From Nitrospirota bacterium (GTDB lineage Bacteria; Nitrospirota; Thermodesulfovibrionia; Thermodesulfovibrionales; JdFR-85): a DNA stretch of 64,000 nucleotides. Both the position numbers and the translations under genes were made by a program. Shown here in pieces: positions 1 to 9,632 of the stretch. Each line of letters opens with the position of its first letter. The first letter of the stretch is position 1. Under the pieces are notes generated by a model that did not search any database, was not told where the DNA came from, and worked only from the letters and a program-made list of their open reading frames with translations. The stretch spans positions 65,551-129,550 of the forward strand of contig JAYWMQ010000006.1 in NCBI GenBank assembly GCA_035873375.1, read 5' to 3'.

Positions 1-103
1 ACCTTGGACCAAACTCTCTGAGCACTAATTCAGATACCCTGTAGCCAAGGGCAAGGCCGGGACATACATGTCCGTGAAACCTTACCACATCTTCAAATGT
101 CAT
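1..103 (-). CDS. FmdE-domain protein, N-terminal fragment (gene runs off the window start)
   Basis: Reverse-strand ATG at 103-101. Translation is [34 protein letters not shown], carrying the FHGHxCPGLAxG signature of FmdE/FwdE-family proteins. Only 34 codons are visible. Confidence 0.6.
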   Translation of the reverse strand, partial: MTFEDVVRFHGHVCPGLALGYRVSELVLREFGPR

Positions 104-756
104 TAAAGCACCTCCCTGTATTTCGTTACAAGTATCCTGTAACCCTCTCTGGAGAGGTTTTCAGCCAGTCTGTCGGCATATTTGCGGTCTGTGAACTTTC
201 CTATCATGACCCTGTAGTAACGGTTACCCCTTATCGAGATTTTTCTGATATAGACCTTGCGGTAAGTGCGTGACAGCGCTGATTTCAGATCACCGGCGTT
301 TTTATAATCACGGAATGATGCGATCTGTATGGTAAATGGACCGGCGGAAGAGGAGACGTACTTTACCGGCCGGACAAAGGACATGTCCCTTCCCATATAA
401 TTCACCCGCACCCTTGCAGTGCCTTTATGTATCAACCCTATCTTTTTTGCGGCACCATATGAAAGGTCTATATCCCTGCCACGTATAAAGGGTCCCCGGT
501 CATTAACCTTTACCACAACCGAGCGTCCGTTTTCCGGATTGGTAATCTTGAGTTTTGTACCAAAGGGCAGGGTCTTGTGTGCTGCTGTCCGGGCATACAT
601 ATTATAAGTCTCGCCCGAGGCGGTCAGCCTTCCGTGGAATTTCTTGCCATACCAGGAGGCTACCATGTAACGGTCTTCAGACCTTGTTTCATGTCTTGAG
701 GCAGCGCATGCCGGTAACAGCAATACAATAATTAAAAGCAGCAGAGGCCTTTTCAT
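103..756 (-). CDS. rlpA: RlpA-family septal-ring lytic transglycosylase lipoprotein with C-terminal SPOR domain
   Basis: Signal peptide with lipobox LLPAC. DPBB core [20 protein letters not shown]...[10 protein letters not shown]-terminal SPOR-like segment [14 protein letters not shown]...YYRVMIGKF. Confidence 0.85.
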   Translation of the reverse strand: MKRPLLLLIIVLLLPACAASRHETRSEDRYMVASWYGKKFHGRLTASGETYNMYARTAAHKTLPFGTKLKITNPENGRSVVVKVNDRGPFIRGRDIDLSYGAAKKIGLIHKGTARVRVNYMGRDMSFVRPVKYVSSSAGPFTIQIASFRDYKNAGDLKSALSRTYRKVYIRKISIRGNRYYRVMIGKFTDRKYADRLAENLSREGYRILVTKYREVL

Positions 757-767
757 ATCAGGGACTC

Positions 768-2180
768 CTACAGAATATACCTGCTTAGGTCCTCGTCCTT
801 CACGATTTCACTTAGTTTTTCTCTGACATAGTCACTGTCTATCTTCAGTGAAGTGTTTCTTTTTTCAGGGGCGTCAAAGGATATCTCTTCAAGGAGTTTT
901 TCTAGTACGGTATGAAGCCTCCTTGCCCCGATGTTTTCGGTCTTCTCGTTGACTGTGGCTGCAATGGACGCTATCTCGTCAATGGAGTCATCGGTAAAGT
1001 GTATATGCACCTCTTCGGTGGCAAGAAGGGCGATGTACTGCTTTACAAGAGCGTTGTCAGGCTCTGTAAGGATACGGATAAAGTCTTCCTTCCCAAGTGA
1101 ATCAAGCTCGACCCTTATAGGAAACCTTCCCTGGAGCTCAGGGATAAGGTCGGAAGGCTTGGACATATGAAAGGCGCCGGCTGCAATAAAGAGTATGTGT
1201 TCCGTGCGGACAGGGCCGTGTTTGGTGGTTACGGTTGTTCCTTCAACTATGGGCAGGAGGTCTCTCTGGACTCCCTCTCTTGATACATCCGGTCCCTGGG
1301 CTGACCCTCTTGATGCGACCTTGTCTATCTCGTCAAGAAATACTATGCCGGTCTGCTCAGTGCGCCTGATGGCCTCTTTTGTGACCATATCCATATCAAT
1401 CAATTTATCCGCCTCTTCACGTGTGAGCAGCTGAACGGCCTCTGCGACTTTTACCTTTTTTCTCTTCGGCTTTTCAGGCAGGAAACTGCCCAGCATCTCT
1501 TTCAGGTTGATCTCAAGGTCCTCGAGTCCAACATTGGAGATGACTCCAAGGGGCATCACTTTTTCCTTGACCTCAATCTCCACGTAACGGGAATCGAACT
1601 TTCCCTCCCTGAGTTGAGCCCTCAGTTTTTCCCTTGTATCTGAATGTTTCTGTTTCTCTTCCTCTCCCTGGTCTGTTTCCTTAAACCCCTTTCTCGGAAG
1701 CGGCAGCAGGAGGTCAAGAAGCCTTTCCTCAGCAAGGGTCTTTGCCTTTTCCTGAACCTTTGCAAAGTGCTCGGTCTTGACCATGTTGACGGCAATCTCG
1801 GTAATGTCCCTTATTATGGATTCCACGTCCCTTCCAACATAACCGACTTCCGTAAACTTTGATGCCTCCACCTTCATAAACGGTGCATTTGCAAGTTTTG
1901 AAAGCCTCCTTGCAATCTCTGTCTTTCCTACACCGGTGGATCCGATCATTATTATATTCTTGGGCAGGACTTCATCGCGCAGTTCAGGGCTTAACCTCTG
2001 TCTCCTCCATCTATTCCTCAGCGCAATGGCAACGGCTTTTTTGGCATTATGCTGCCCTATGATAAACTTGTCAAGCTCTTCAACAATACGTCTTGGTGTC
2101 AACCCTTCGAGAGAGGTTTTTTCCTCTGTGCGAGGGCTTTTTTGGTCTGTCATATCTTCGGTCTTCTCCAGAATTTTCAT
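768..2180 (-). CDS. hslU: ATP-dependent protease ATPase subunit HslU
   Basis: [34 protein letters not shown], Walker [16 protein letters not shown], Walker [10 protein letters not shown]. Sits 1 nt after hslV. Confidence 0.95.
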   Translation of the reverse strand: MKILEKTEDMTDQKSPRTEEKTSLEGLTPRRIVEELDKFIIGQHNAKKAVAIALRNRWRRQRLSPELRDEVLPKNIIMIGSTGVGKTEIARRLSKLANAPFMKVEASKFTEVGYVGRDVESIIRDITEIAVNMVKTEHFAKVQEKAKTLAEERLLDLLLPLPRKGFKETDQGEEEKQKHSDTREKLRAQLREGKFDSRYVEIEVKEKVMPLGVISNVGLEDLEINLKEMLGSFLPEKPKRKKVKVAEAVQLLTREEADKLIDMDMVTKEAIRRTEQTGIVFLDEIDKVASRGSAQGPDVSREGVQRDLLPIVEGTTVTTKHGPVRTEHILFIAAGAFHMSKPSDLIPELQGRFPIRVELDSLGKEDFIRILTEPDNALVKQYIALLATEEVHIHFTDDSIDEIASIAATVNEKTENIGARRLHTVLEKLLEEISFDAPEKRNTSLKIDSDYVREKLSEIVKDEDLSRYIL

Positions 2181-2181
2181 T

Positions 2182-2709
2182 TTATAACTCCTCGGTTATT
2201 ATTCGTTCATTTGTGTAAATGCATATGTCGGCTGCAATCTTCATGGCCTTCTCAACTATATCTCCGGCTTCAAGCGCTGTATTTTCATAAAGGGCCTTTG
2301 CTGCAGCCTGGGCAAAGGGTCCGCCTGAGCCTATAGCAGCAATACCTTCCTCCGGCTCTATTACGTCACCTGTGCCGGATATGATGAATGTATGCTCTGA
2401 ATCCGCAACTATAAGTAGGGCTTCAAGCCTCCTGAGTATCTTGTCAGTCCTCCAGTCCTTGGCAAGCTCTACCGCTGCCCTGGTGATGTTGCCCCTGTAG
2501 GATTCAAGTTTTCCTTCAAACTTTTCAAAGAGTGTAAAGGCATCGGCAGTAGCACCTGCAAAACCTGTGAGCACCCTGTCCTGATACATCTTTCTCGTCT
2601 TTCGTGCATTGTGCTTCAGGACTGTATTTCCCATTGTCACCTGGCCATCACCGCCAATGGCAACTTTTCCGTTTTTCCTGACGCATAATATAGTTGTGCC
2701 TCTTATCAT
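2182..2709 (-). CDS. hslV: ATP-dependent protease subunit HslV
   Basis: [22 protein letters not shown]...[14 protein letters not shown]...IGSGG, typical HslV/ClpQ. Confidence 0.95.
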   Translation of the reverse strand: MIRGTTILCVRKNGKVAIGGDGQVTMGNTVLKHNARKTRKMYQDRVLTGFAGATADAFTLFEKFEGKLESYRGNITRAAVELAKDWRTDKILRRLEALLIVADSEHTFIISGTGDVIEPEEGIAAIGSGGPFAQAAAKALYENTALEAGDIVEKAMKIAADICIYTNERIITEEL

Positions 2710-2844
2710 TGAAAGTCTCCTTGTCCTGTCCAGTTAGTCTCTGTCCATAAACTCAATTGGCCTTTCTCTCGTCCTCAGGCAATTTGTTTCATTGAACCTT
2801 TTATATTCAGATGAAACATAATTACATATTATAGCAAAGATACT

Positions 2845-3732
2845 TTATTTTTCTCCCTTTCTCTTTTTTGCCAGGGGATGGGCATTATCATAGACATCCA
2901 TGAGATGCGTGATGTCCAGATGTGTGTATACCTGCGTGGAGGAGAGAGAGCTGTGTCCGAGGAGCTCCTGAATAACCCTCAGGTCAGCGCCGCTCTGCAG
3001 GAGATGAGTGGCAAAGGTGTGCCTGAGAGTATGTGGCCCAATCTTTCCGCCAAGCCCTGTCTCTCTTGAATATTTTACCACTATCCTTCTGATGCTCCTG
3101 TCCGTCAGGCGGGACCCCTTCCTGTTCAGAAAGATAGCCTGGGTCTCCTTTTTCATCAGAGACCTCTCTATCAGATATACCTTTAATGACTCGATTGCCT
3201 TGTTTCCCACAGGGACTATCCTCTCCTTTTTCCTCTTGCCCCTCACCTTTATCAGGCCATCCCGCATGTTGAGGTCTTCCATATCCATGCCGGCCAATTC
3301 ACTGACCCTTAACCCGCTTGAATAAAGGAGTTCAAGGATTGCCCTGTCCCGCGCCTTCTGAAACCCTATGCCTTCGGGTTTTTCAATTATCGCGAATGTT
3401 TCATCAACCGAAAGAAATCGTGGTAACCTCTTCTGTTGTTTCGGGTTCGGCACCAGGCGGGCCGGGTTTGAGCTTATGTGACTCTCTCTGTGGAGAAATC
3501 TGAAGAATGATCGTAATGTGGCAAGCTGCCTGCTTACTGTAGACCTTTCCATGCCGTCCTTCAGGCGGTGGGCAATAAACCCCCTTATATCACTCAACTC
3601 TATATCTGCCGGAGATTTCCTTACAAGGGTAAAGAATTCCTGGAGGTCCTTCCTGTAGGCCCTCAGGGTGTGAGTGGACGCACCCTTTTCAAGCTCCATA
3701 AACCTCAGAAACTCCTTCATGTATTCATTCAT
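2845..3732 (-). CDS. xerC: Tyrosine recombinase, XerC/XerD type
   Basis: N-terminal SAM-like domain with TLRAYRKDL. Catalytic C-terminus GLRVSEL...HTLRHTFATHLL...LLGHSSLSSTQVYTH. The trmFO-xerC-hslVU order matches the Bacillus gid-codV-clpQY arrangement. Confidence 0.85.
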   Translation of the reverse strand: MNEYMKEFLRFMELEKGASTHTLRAYRKDLQEFFTLVRKSPADIELSDIRGFIAHRLKDGMERSTVSRQLATLRSFFRFLHRESHISSNPARLVPNPKQQKRLPRFLSVDETFAIIEKPEGIGFQKARDRAILELLYSSGLRVSELAGMDMEDLNMRDGLIKVRGKRKKERIVPVGNKAIESLKVYLIERSLMKKETQAIFLNRKGSRLTDRSIRRIVVKYSRETGLGGKIGPHTLRHTFATHLLQSGADLRVIQELLGHSSLSSTQVYTHLDITHLMDVYDNAHPLAKKRKGEK

Positions 3733-5033
3733 TCAACCGCCCTTATATATTCATTCCATGCTGCGAGGGCCTTTTCTACGATATATGCACGCCGCTTTCT
3801 CTTGTCTTTAATCCTGATGTCAGGTGCGGGGAGAAGCCCGAAGTTAATGTTGCTTGGCTGAAAGCCCTCGGGCGGAGATGTTGTAATATAACGGATCAGC
3901 GATCCATGTGCTGATTCCCCGGGCGGTGCAGTAAAGCTCATGCCCTTCAGCCTCCTTGCAGCGTTTATACCGGCAAGAACCCCCATGGCCGTGGATTCAA
4001 TATAACCTTCAACCCCTGAAAGCTGACCAGCAATATAGGTTTCAGGGCTTACCTTGAGAGCAAGGTCGGGGTTCAGAAACATGGGACCATTAATAAAGGT
4101 GTTCCTGTGGATGCTTCCATAGCGCATAAAGACTGCATTTTCAAGCCCGGGGATGAGCCTAAAAACCCTCTTCTGCTCCGGCCATTTAAGGCGTGTCTGA
4201 AACCCTACCATATTATATGCCGTTGCATCCCTGTTCTCAATCCTCAACTGGACGACTGCGTACGGCACGTTCCCTGTGCGGGGATCAGTCAGCCCGACGG
4301 GTTTCATGGGGCCGAAACGCAGGGTGTCCTTTCCCCTCCCTGCCATCACCTCAACAGGCATGCATCCTTCAAAAACCCTTTCATCCTCAAAGGCCCTCGG
4401 GGTTACCATGTCAGCCTCTGAAAGGGCATTATAGAACCTCTCATACTCATCCCTGTCCATCGGACAGTTCAGGTAGTCAGGTTCTCCCTTTCCGTAGCGT
4501 GAGGCCCGGAAAACCCTGGAGTAATCAATGCTGTCTGCCTCTATAATCGGGGCTATGGCATCATAGAAATAGAGGTAATCACCTCCGAGCAGTCTCCTGA
4601 GTGAGTCGGACAGCGCATCTGAAGTCAGAGGCCCGGTTGCAATAATACATGGCCCCCCGGGAATCTCTGCAATCTCTTCCCTTATCACTTCTATCAGTGG
4701 GTGGGTCAATAACCTCTGTGTTATGTATTCGGCAAATAGCTTTCTGTCAACAGCAAGGGCAGAGCCGGCAGGTACGCTGCATTCAGCAGCAGCCTTCATC
4801 AGCAGGGAGCCGGCCATCCTGAGCTCATCCTTGAGGAGTCCTGCCGAGGTAACGGGCTCCTTTGACCTGAGGGAGTTTGAACATACGAGCTCTCCCAGGA
4901 GGTCCGTCTTGTGCGCCCCGGTTGTCTTGTCCGGCCGCATTTCGTATAGTCTTATACTAATCCCTCTCTGAGCTGCCTGCCAGGCTGCCTCACTGCCGGA
5001 AAGTCCTCCACCTATGATTGTAAGTGTTTTCAT
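3729..5033 (-). CDS. trmFO: Methylenetetrahydrofolate--tRNA-(uracil-5-)-methyltransferase TrmFO
   Basis: MKTLTIIGGGLSGSEAAWQAA dinucleotide-binding start and Gid/TrmFO-like body. I place the start at ATG 5033. The track ORF extends a further 72 low-complexity codons upstream and overlaps def. Confidence 0.9.
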   Translation of the reverse strand: MKTLTIIGGGLSGSEAAWQAAQRGISIRLYEMRPDKTTGAHKTDLLGELVCSNSLRSKEPVTSAGLLKDELRMAGSLLMKAAAECSVPAGSALAVDRKLFAEYITQRLLTHPLIEVIREEIAEIPGGPCIIATGPLTSDALSDSLRRLLGGDYLYFYDAIAPIIEADSIDYSRVFRASRYGKGEPDYLNCPMDRDEYERFYNALSEADMVTPRAFEDERVFEGCMPVEVMAGRGKDTLRFGPMKPVGLTDPRTGNVPYAVVQLRIENRDATAYNMVGFQTRLKWPEQKRVFRLIPGLENAVFMRYGSIHRNTFINGPMFLNPDLALKVSPETYIAGQLSGVEGYIESTAMGVLAGINAARRLKGMSFTAPPGESAHGSLIRYITTSPPEGFQPSNINFGLLPAPDIRIKDKRKRRAYIVEKALAAWNEYIRAVE

Positions 5034-5115
5034 GATATCAAAAAAAACTTTAATAACAGACACCTGGATATAGATTGTCCGGGACAAAAGATTTCTTGTG
5101 TTGTTATAATAAAAC

Positions 5116-5625
5116 ATGTCAGTGCTTGAAATAAAGAAATATCCCGACCCTGTATTAAAAAAGAAGGCCCTTTTTGTAGAGAATATAGACGGGGCATTAC
5201 AGGAACTTATTGACGATATGATAGATACCATGTATGATGCCCCAGGCATTGGTCTGGCTGCACCCCAGGTTGGTGAGTCCAGAAGGATTATAGTGGTGCA
5301 TATAAATCTGAAGGAGGAAGCGCACCCGTTGATTGTCCTTGTAAATCCTGAAATAGTTCAGGTTGACGGCAAGGTCGTCTCAGAGGAAGGCTGTCTGAGT
5401 GTTCCGGGTTACGTGTCGAATATTGAGAGGGCCGGGATGGTGCTTGTAAAGGGTTTTGACAGGGAAGGCAGACCCGTGGAGGTTGAGGCGGAAGGTCTGC
5501 TGTCAAGGGCGCTTCAGCACGAGATAGACCATCTTGACGGGATTCTTTTCGTTGACAGGATGAGTCCGATAAAGAGGGAATTTTTCAGGAAACGCTATCT
5601 TAGAAGGATGAGGGAAACAGCCTGA
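5116..5625 (+). CDS. def: Peptide deformylase
   Basis: GIGLAAPQVG, EGCLSVPG and HEIDHLDG, the three canonical deformylase motifs. Confidence 0.95.
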   Translation: MSVLEIKKYPDPVLKKKALFVENIDGALQELIDDMIDTMYDAPGIGLAAPQVGESRRIIVVHINLKEEAHPLIVLVNPEIVQVDGKVVSEEGCLSVPGYVSNIERAGMVLVKGFDREGRPVEVEAEGLLSRALQHEIDHLDGILFVDRMSPIKREFFRKRYLRRMRETA

Positions 5626-5647
5626 ATTATTCTTGTACAGGAAAATC

Positions 5648-5770
5648 TATCCGCAGATTTCACAGATTACGCAGTTTTTTTTCTTAAAAGATAACAAACA
5701 GGATTCTAATGACAAACCTCAGAGGCTATTTCTGAGTTTTAATATCTGTGAAATCCGTGTAATCTGCGGA
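5648..5770. repeat. Palindromic intergenic element, copy 1 (arms built from 9-nt CRCAGAT units)
   Basis: Left arm TCCGCAGAT TTCACAGAT TACGCAG (5650-5674). Right arm ATCTGTGAA ATCCGTGTA ATCTGCGGA (5744-5770), in inverted orientation around an AT-rich spacer. Lies between def and fmt. Confidence 0.8.
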
Positions 5771-5802
5771 CTAAAAAGTAAGTTAACTAAATTGAACCCG
5801 AT

Positions 5803-6744
5803 ATGGCGATAATCTTCTTTGGCACTCCATTATTTGCAGTTCCTGCTCTGGAAAAGCTGATATCTTCAGGGGAAGATATTGTGCTCGTTGTGACACAGCC
5901 TGACAGGGTTGGCGGGAGAGGGCACAGGATTATCCCTCCTCCGGTAAAGAGCGTGGCTGAGAGGGAAGGGCTTACAGTTGCTCAGCCCGGCAGTATAAGA
6001 TCTGAGGATTTCATAAACAGGTTAACTGCTCTGAACCCCGAGTTTATAGTAGTTGTGGCTTTTGGCAGGATACTTCCAGAGAGTGTGCTTCAGATTCCCC
6101 TGAGGGGCTGCATCAATGTCCATGCCTCGTTATTGCCCGGATACAGGGGGGCAGCGCCGATCCAGTGGGCTATTATCAGCGGAGACAAAAAGACCGGCAT
6201 TACCACAATGCTGATGGATGAAGGGCTTGACACCGGGGATATTCTCCTCCAGAGAGAAGTGGACATAAGGGATGAGGACAATGCCCGGACACTCTCGGAA
6301 AAACTCTCTGTAGTGGGAGCAGAACTCCTTGTTGAAACACTGAGTGGATTGCGGGCCGGCAAGCTAAAACCCCGTCCACAGCAAGGCGAGCCGAGTTATG
6401 CACCGATTCTGAAGAAAAATGACGGACTGATTGACTGGTCCCTGTCGGCCAGGATGATTTATAACAGGGTAAGGGGGCTCTATCCATGGCCGTGTGCATA
6501 TACGTATTACAGAAAAAAGATGCTTAAACTGCTTAGGGTGGAGGCAATAGAGGGACACGGACAGCCCGGAGAGGTAGTGCATAAGGGCAAGGGGGAATTG
6601 GTTATTGGTACCCCTGAGGGCCTCGTAAAGATACTCGAGGTTCAGATGGAAGGCAGAAAACCGATGGATATCAAGGCCTTTTTGCAGGGCATCGGGAGAG
6701 ACATCAGAAAGGGAGACAGGTTTGGCGGGCTACAGGATAATTAG
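5803..6744 (+). CDS. fmt: Methionyl-tRNA formyltransferase
   Basis: IIFFGTP.FAVP...VVTQPDR..GRG...INVHASLLPGYRGAAPIQWAII, classic Fmt. The def-fmt pair is conserved. Confidence 0.95.
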   Translation: MAIIFFGTPLFAVPALEKLISSGEDIVLVVTQPDRVGGRGHRIIPPPVKSVAEREGLTVAQPGSIRSEDFINRLTALNPEFIVVVAFGRILPESVLQIPLRGCINVHASLLPGYRGAAPIQWAIISGDKKTGITTMLMDEGLDTGDILLQREVDIRDEDNARTLSEKLSVVGAELLVETLSGLRAGKLKPRPQQGEPSYAPILKKNDGLIDWSLSARMIYNRVRGLYPWPCAYTYYRKKMLKLLRVEAIEGHGQPGEVVHKGKGELVIGTPEGLVKILEVQMEGRKPMDIKAFLQGIGRDIRKGDRFGGLQDN

Positions 6745-7246
6745 GGGTTTTGTGCTCAAGGTGCTTTATCCCATTTTTATGCTCCTGTCTGCGTTCAGGA
6801 AGGACAAAAAGGAAGCCCTGCAGCGGCTGATTATCAATATGAACAACAGCCTTGTAATCAGGGAACGTCACAAGACAAAGAAGATACTTTTGCTCCTTCC
6901 GCATTGCATCCAGGTAGATAAATGCGAGATCAGGCTGACCCATAACATACATAATTGCAAGAGATGCGGAAAGTGCGAGATTAAAGACCTTATAGACCTG
7001 GCTGAAGATTACGGACTGACCCTCTTTGTAGCCACTGGGGGCACACTTGCGAGGAGGATCGTCATGGACGCAAAGCCGGAGGCAATAGTTGCTGTTGCCT
7101 GTGAGAGGGACCTTTCGAGCGGCATTGTTGATACCTATCCAATGCCTGTGCTTGCAATCTCAAACGAGAGACCTTTTGGTCCCTGTTATAATACTCGGGT
7201 GAGTCTTGAAAAGGTTAGGGATGCCATAAAGACTTTCTGCTCATAG
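6722..7246 (+). CDS. DUF116-family protein (Cys-rich, conserved hypothetical)
   Basis: ILLLLPHCIQ...CKRCGKCEI...ATGGTLARRIV...IVAVACERDL matches my memory of the DUF116 pattern. The start is ambiguous: TTG 6722 overlaps fmt by 23 nt and in-frame GTG codons follow. Confidence 0.7.
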   Translation: MAGYRIIRGFVLKVLYPIFMLLSAFRKDKKEALQRLIINMNNSLVIRERHKTKKILLLLPHCIQVDKCEIRLTHNIHNCKRCGKCEIKDLIDLAEDYGLTLFVATGGTLARRIVMDAKPEAIVAVACERDLSSGIVDTYPMPVLAISNERPFGPCYNTRVSLEKVRDAIKTFCS

Positions 7247-7280
7247 GCATGGTTGTGATATAATTCATGCATTGAAGATA

Positions 7281-7355
7281 TGGAGTGTTGGAGGATTGAA
7301 GAGCTGGAGTATTGGAGGGTTGGATTTTTTCATCACTCCACCACTCCATCACTCC
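7281..7355. repeat. Heptamer-based inverted repeat (TGGAGTG-like units / CACTCCA units)
   Basis: Left arm TGGAGTGTTGGAGG...CTGGAGTATTGGAGGGTTGGA, a T6 loop, then right arm CAT-CACTCCA-C-CACTCCA-T-CACTCC. Ends about 15 nt before the osmC-like RBS GAGGAGG. Confidence 0.7.
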
Positions 7356-7380
7356 GCATTAGATTCTTGAGGAGGTGGAG

Positions 7381-7797
7381 ATGGAGGCAACAATAAAATA
7401 TGTTGATGGACTCAGGTTTGTTGCAGAGGGCGCTACCGGGCACTCTGTTGTTATGGATGGAGATCCCCTGTTTGGCGGTGAGGATTCCGCGCCGAGACCA
7501 ACAGAGTTTGTCCTCATGGGACTTGGTGGTTGCACGGGCATGGATGTTATCTCTGTTCTCAGGAAAAAGAGGCAGGAAGTTACAGGATTTGAGATAGAGG
7601 TCCAGAGCAAAAGGGCGGAGGCACATCCCAAAAAGTTTACGGATATAAATCTGCATTACACTGTACGGGGTAAAAATATCTCTGAGGATGCAGTTAAAAA
7701 GGCCATAAATTTATCCATGGAGAGGTACTGTTCGGTAAAGGCAACACTTGAAGGTGTGGCAAAGATTACATATTCCTACAAGGTGATACAGGAGTAG
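7381..7797 (+). CDS. OsmC/Ohr-family peroxiredoxin-like protein
   Basis: [17 protein letters not shown] and [11 protein letters not shown], the two conserved Cys regions of the OsmC family. ATG 7381 is preferred over GTG 7375 because of RBS spacing. Confidence 0.85.
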   Translation: MEATIKYVDGLRFVAEGATGHSVVMDGDPLFGGEDSAPRPTEFVLMGLGGCTGMDVISVLRKKRQEVTGFEIEVQSKRAEAHPKKFTDINLHYTVRGKNISEDAVKKAINLSMERYCSVKATLEGVAKITYSYKVIQE

Positions 7798-7814
7798 AGA
7801 TTCCGAATCAGGTT

Positions 7815-8789
7815 ATGCTTTTCTACCTCGGTAAACGTATAACAGAGATATTTATCACGCTGATAGGGATTACCCTCCTGTCATTCTTTATAATCCACCT
7901 TGCACCGGGTAAGCCTACAGATGTGTTGACCGATCTGAATCCAAAGATAACGCCTGAGGCAAGGGAGCGGCTTGAGAAGTACTATGGCCTTGACAAGCCG
8001 ATAATCGTACAGTACCTTTTATGGGCAAAGAGGATTGTAAAGCTGGACTTTGGAGACTCCTTCTCCACTGACAGACGTCCGGTATGGGAAAAGATAAAGG
8101 AGCGGGTCCCTGTTACCGTATCAATAAACCTTCTCAGCATGCTGCTGATATTTGTGATAGCCATACCCGTTGGTATCTCTTCGGCAACGCGCCAGTACTC
8201 CCTGTATGACAAGATAACCACGGTGGGGGTTTTTCTTGGATTTGCAATGCCGGCTTTCTGGCTTGGCATACTGCTGATGATGCTCTTTGGGGTATATCTG
8301 CAATGGCTGCCCATATCCGGCCTTAAGTCCATGAACTACGAAACCCTGTCTGCCGGAGGCAAGGTCCTTGATCTTGCAAAACACCTTGCCCTGCCGGTCT
8401 TTGTATCTGCCTTTGGCGGTATTGCCGGCATATCCAGATACATGCGCAGCAGTATGCTTGAGGTTATCAGGCAGGACTACATTATTACGGCAAGGGCAAA
8501 GGGGTTGCCTGAAAGCAAGGTTATTTACAAACATGCCTTAAGAAACGCACTTCTTCCCATCATAACCCTGCTCGGTTTATCTGTTCCGGGATTGATAGGA
8601 GGGAGCGTGATATTCGAGCAGATATTCAGTATCCCCGGTATGGGCCAGCTATTCTGGATGTCGGTAATGCAGAGGGATTATCCGCTGATAATGGGACTTC
8701 TCACCATTGGCGCCATACTCACACTGATCGGCAACATGCTTGCCGACCTCTGTTACGCAGTAGTAGACCCGAGGATAAGGAGAAAATAG
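7815..8789 (+). CDS. ABC transporter permease, DppB/OppB type
   Basis: N-terminal [24 protein letters not shown] loop region [28 protein letters not shown]. Confidence 0.9.
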   Translation: MLFYLGKRITEIFITLIGITLLSFFIIHLAPGKPTDVLTDLNPKITPEARERLEKYYGLDKPIIVQYLLWAKRIVKLDFGDSFSTDRRPVWEKIKERVPVTVSINLLSMLLIFVIAIPVGISSATRQYSLYDKITTVGVFLGFAMPAFWLGILLMMLFGVYLQWLPISGLKSMNYETLSAGGKVLDLAKHLALPVFVSAFGGIAGISRYMRSSMLEVIRQDYIITARAKGLPESKVIYKHALRNALLPIITLLGLSVPGLIGGSVIFEQIFSIPGMGQLFWMSVMQRDYPLIMGLLTIGAILTLIGNMLADLCYAVVDPRIRRK

Positions 8790-8792
8790 GAA

Positions 8793-9632
8793 TTGAGCGC
8801 TATCTTCTATGAGAGATTCGGTCATAATAAACTGGCTGTGGCAGGGAGTGTGCTTGTGGCCCTCCTATTTCTTACAGCGCTACTTGCACCTGTAATTTCC
8901 CCCTATGAACCGGATTATATTGACAGATACCACGTCCTTGAACCACCGGGCAGGCTTCATCCACTTGGCACTGACGATATTGGAAGGGATGTGCTGAGCA
9001 GGATGCTTTATGGGGCAAGGGTTTCATTGTCTGTCGGCTTTGTGGCTGTTGGCATTGCAACGTTTATTGGAATGGTAATGGGTGCAGTTGCCGGCTACTA
9101 CGGGGGCATAGCGGACAGGTTAATCATGAGATTTGTGGATGTGATGCTGTCAATACCGTCATTCTTCTTTATCCTTGCAGTTATAGCCTTTGTGGGGCCC
9201 AGCATATGGAATATCATGATCATCATAGGGGTAACCTCATGGATGGGGGTGGCCAGGCTTGTCAGAGCGGAGTTTCTTACCCTCAAGTCAAGGGAGTACA
9301 TACTCGCTGCAAGGGCGATAGGTGCGTCTGACATGAGAATAATACTCCGTCATATGCTGCCGAACAGCCTTGCCCCCGTAATAATATCGGCCGTGCTTGG
9401 TATTGCATCAGCAGTGCTCCTTGAGTCGTCACTCAGTTTTCTCGGACTTGGAGTTCAGCCGCCTATGCCGAGCTGGGGAAACATTCTTACTGCGGGCAAG
9501 GCCAATATCGAGATTGCATGGTGGCTTTCCGTCTTCCCCGGAGTGGCTATACTGATTACAGTGCTTTCCTATAACCTCCTTGGCGAGGGACTGAGAGACG
9601 CCCTTGACCCGAGATTGTGGGAAAGGCGATGA
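8793..9632 (+). CDS. ABC transporter permease, DppC/OppC type
   Basis: HPLGTDDIGRDVLSRMLYGARVSL and ILAARAIGASDMRIILRHMLPNSLAPVI. Confidence 0.9.
   Translation: MSAIFYERFGHNKLAVAGSVLVALLFLTALLAPVISPYEPDYIDRYHVLEPPGRLHPLGTDDIGRDVLSRMLYGARVSLSVGFVAVGIATFIGMVMGAVAGYYGGIADRLIMRFVDVMLSIPSFFFILAVIAFVGPSIWNIMIIIGVTSWMGVARLVRAEFLTLKSREYILAARAIGASDMRIILRHMLPNSLAPVIISAVLGIASAVLLESSLSFLGLGVQPPMPSWGNILTAGKANIEIAWWLSVFPGVAILITVLSYNLLGEGLRDALDPRLWERR

Noticed and set aside
2182-2196. The HslV N-terminus reads MIRG-TTI rather than M-TTI, which could indicate a mis-called start.
   Set aside because: There is no alternative in-frame start next to the Thr codon. Short pro-peptides before the catalytic Thr occur in some HslV homologs, so this is not clearly anomalous.
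5034-5249. A 72-codon N-terminal extension of the trmFO ORF in the track.
   Set aside because: The extension is low-complexity, overlaps the def start region on the other strand, and precedes the canonical MKTLTIIGGGLSG Rossmann start.
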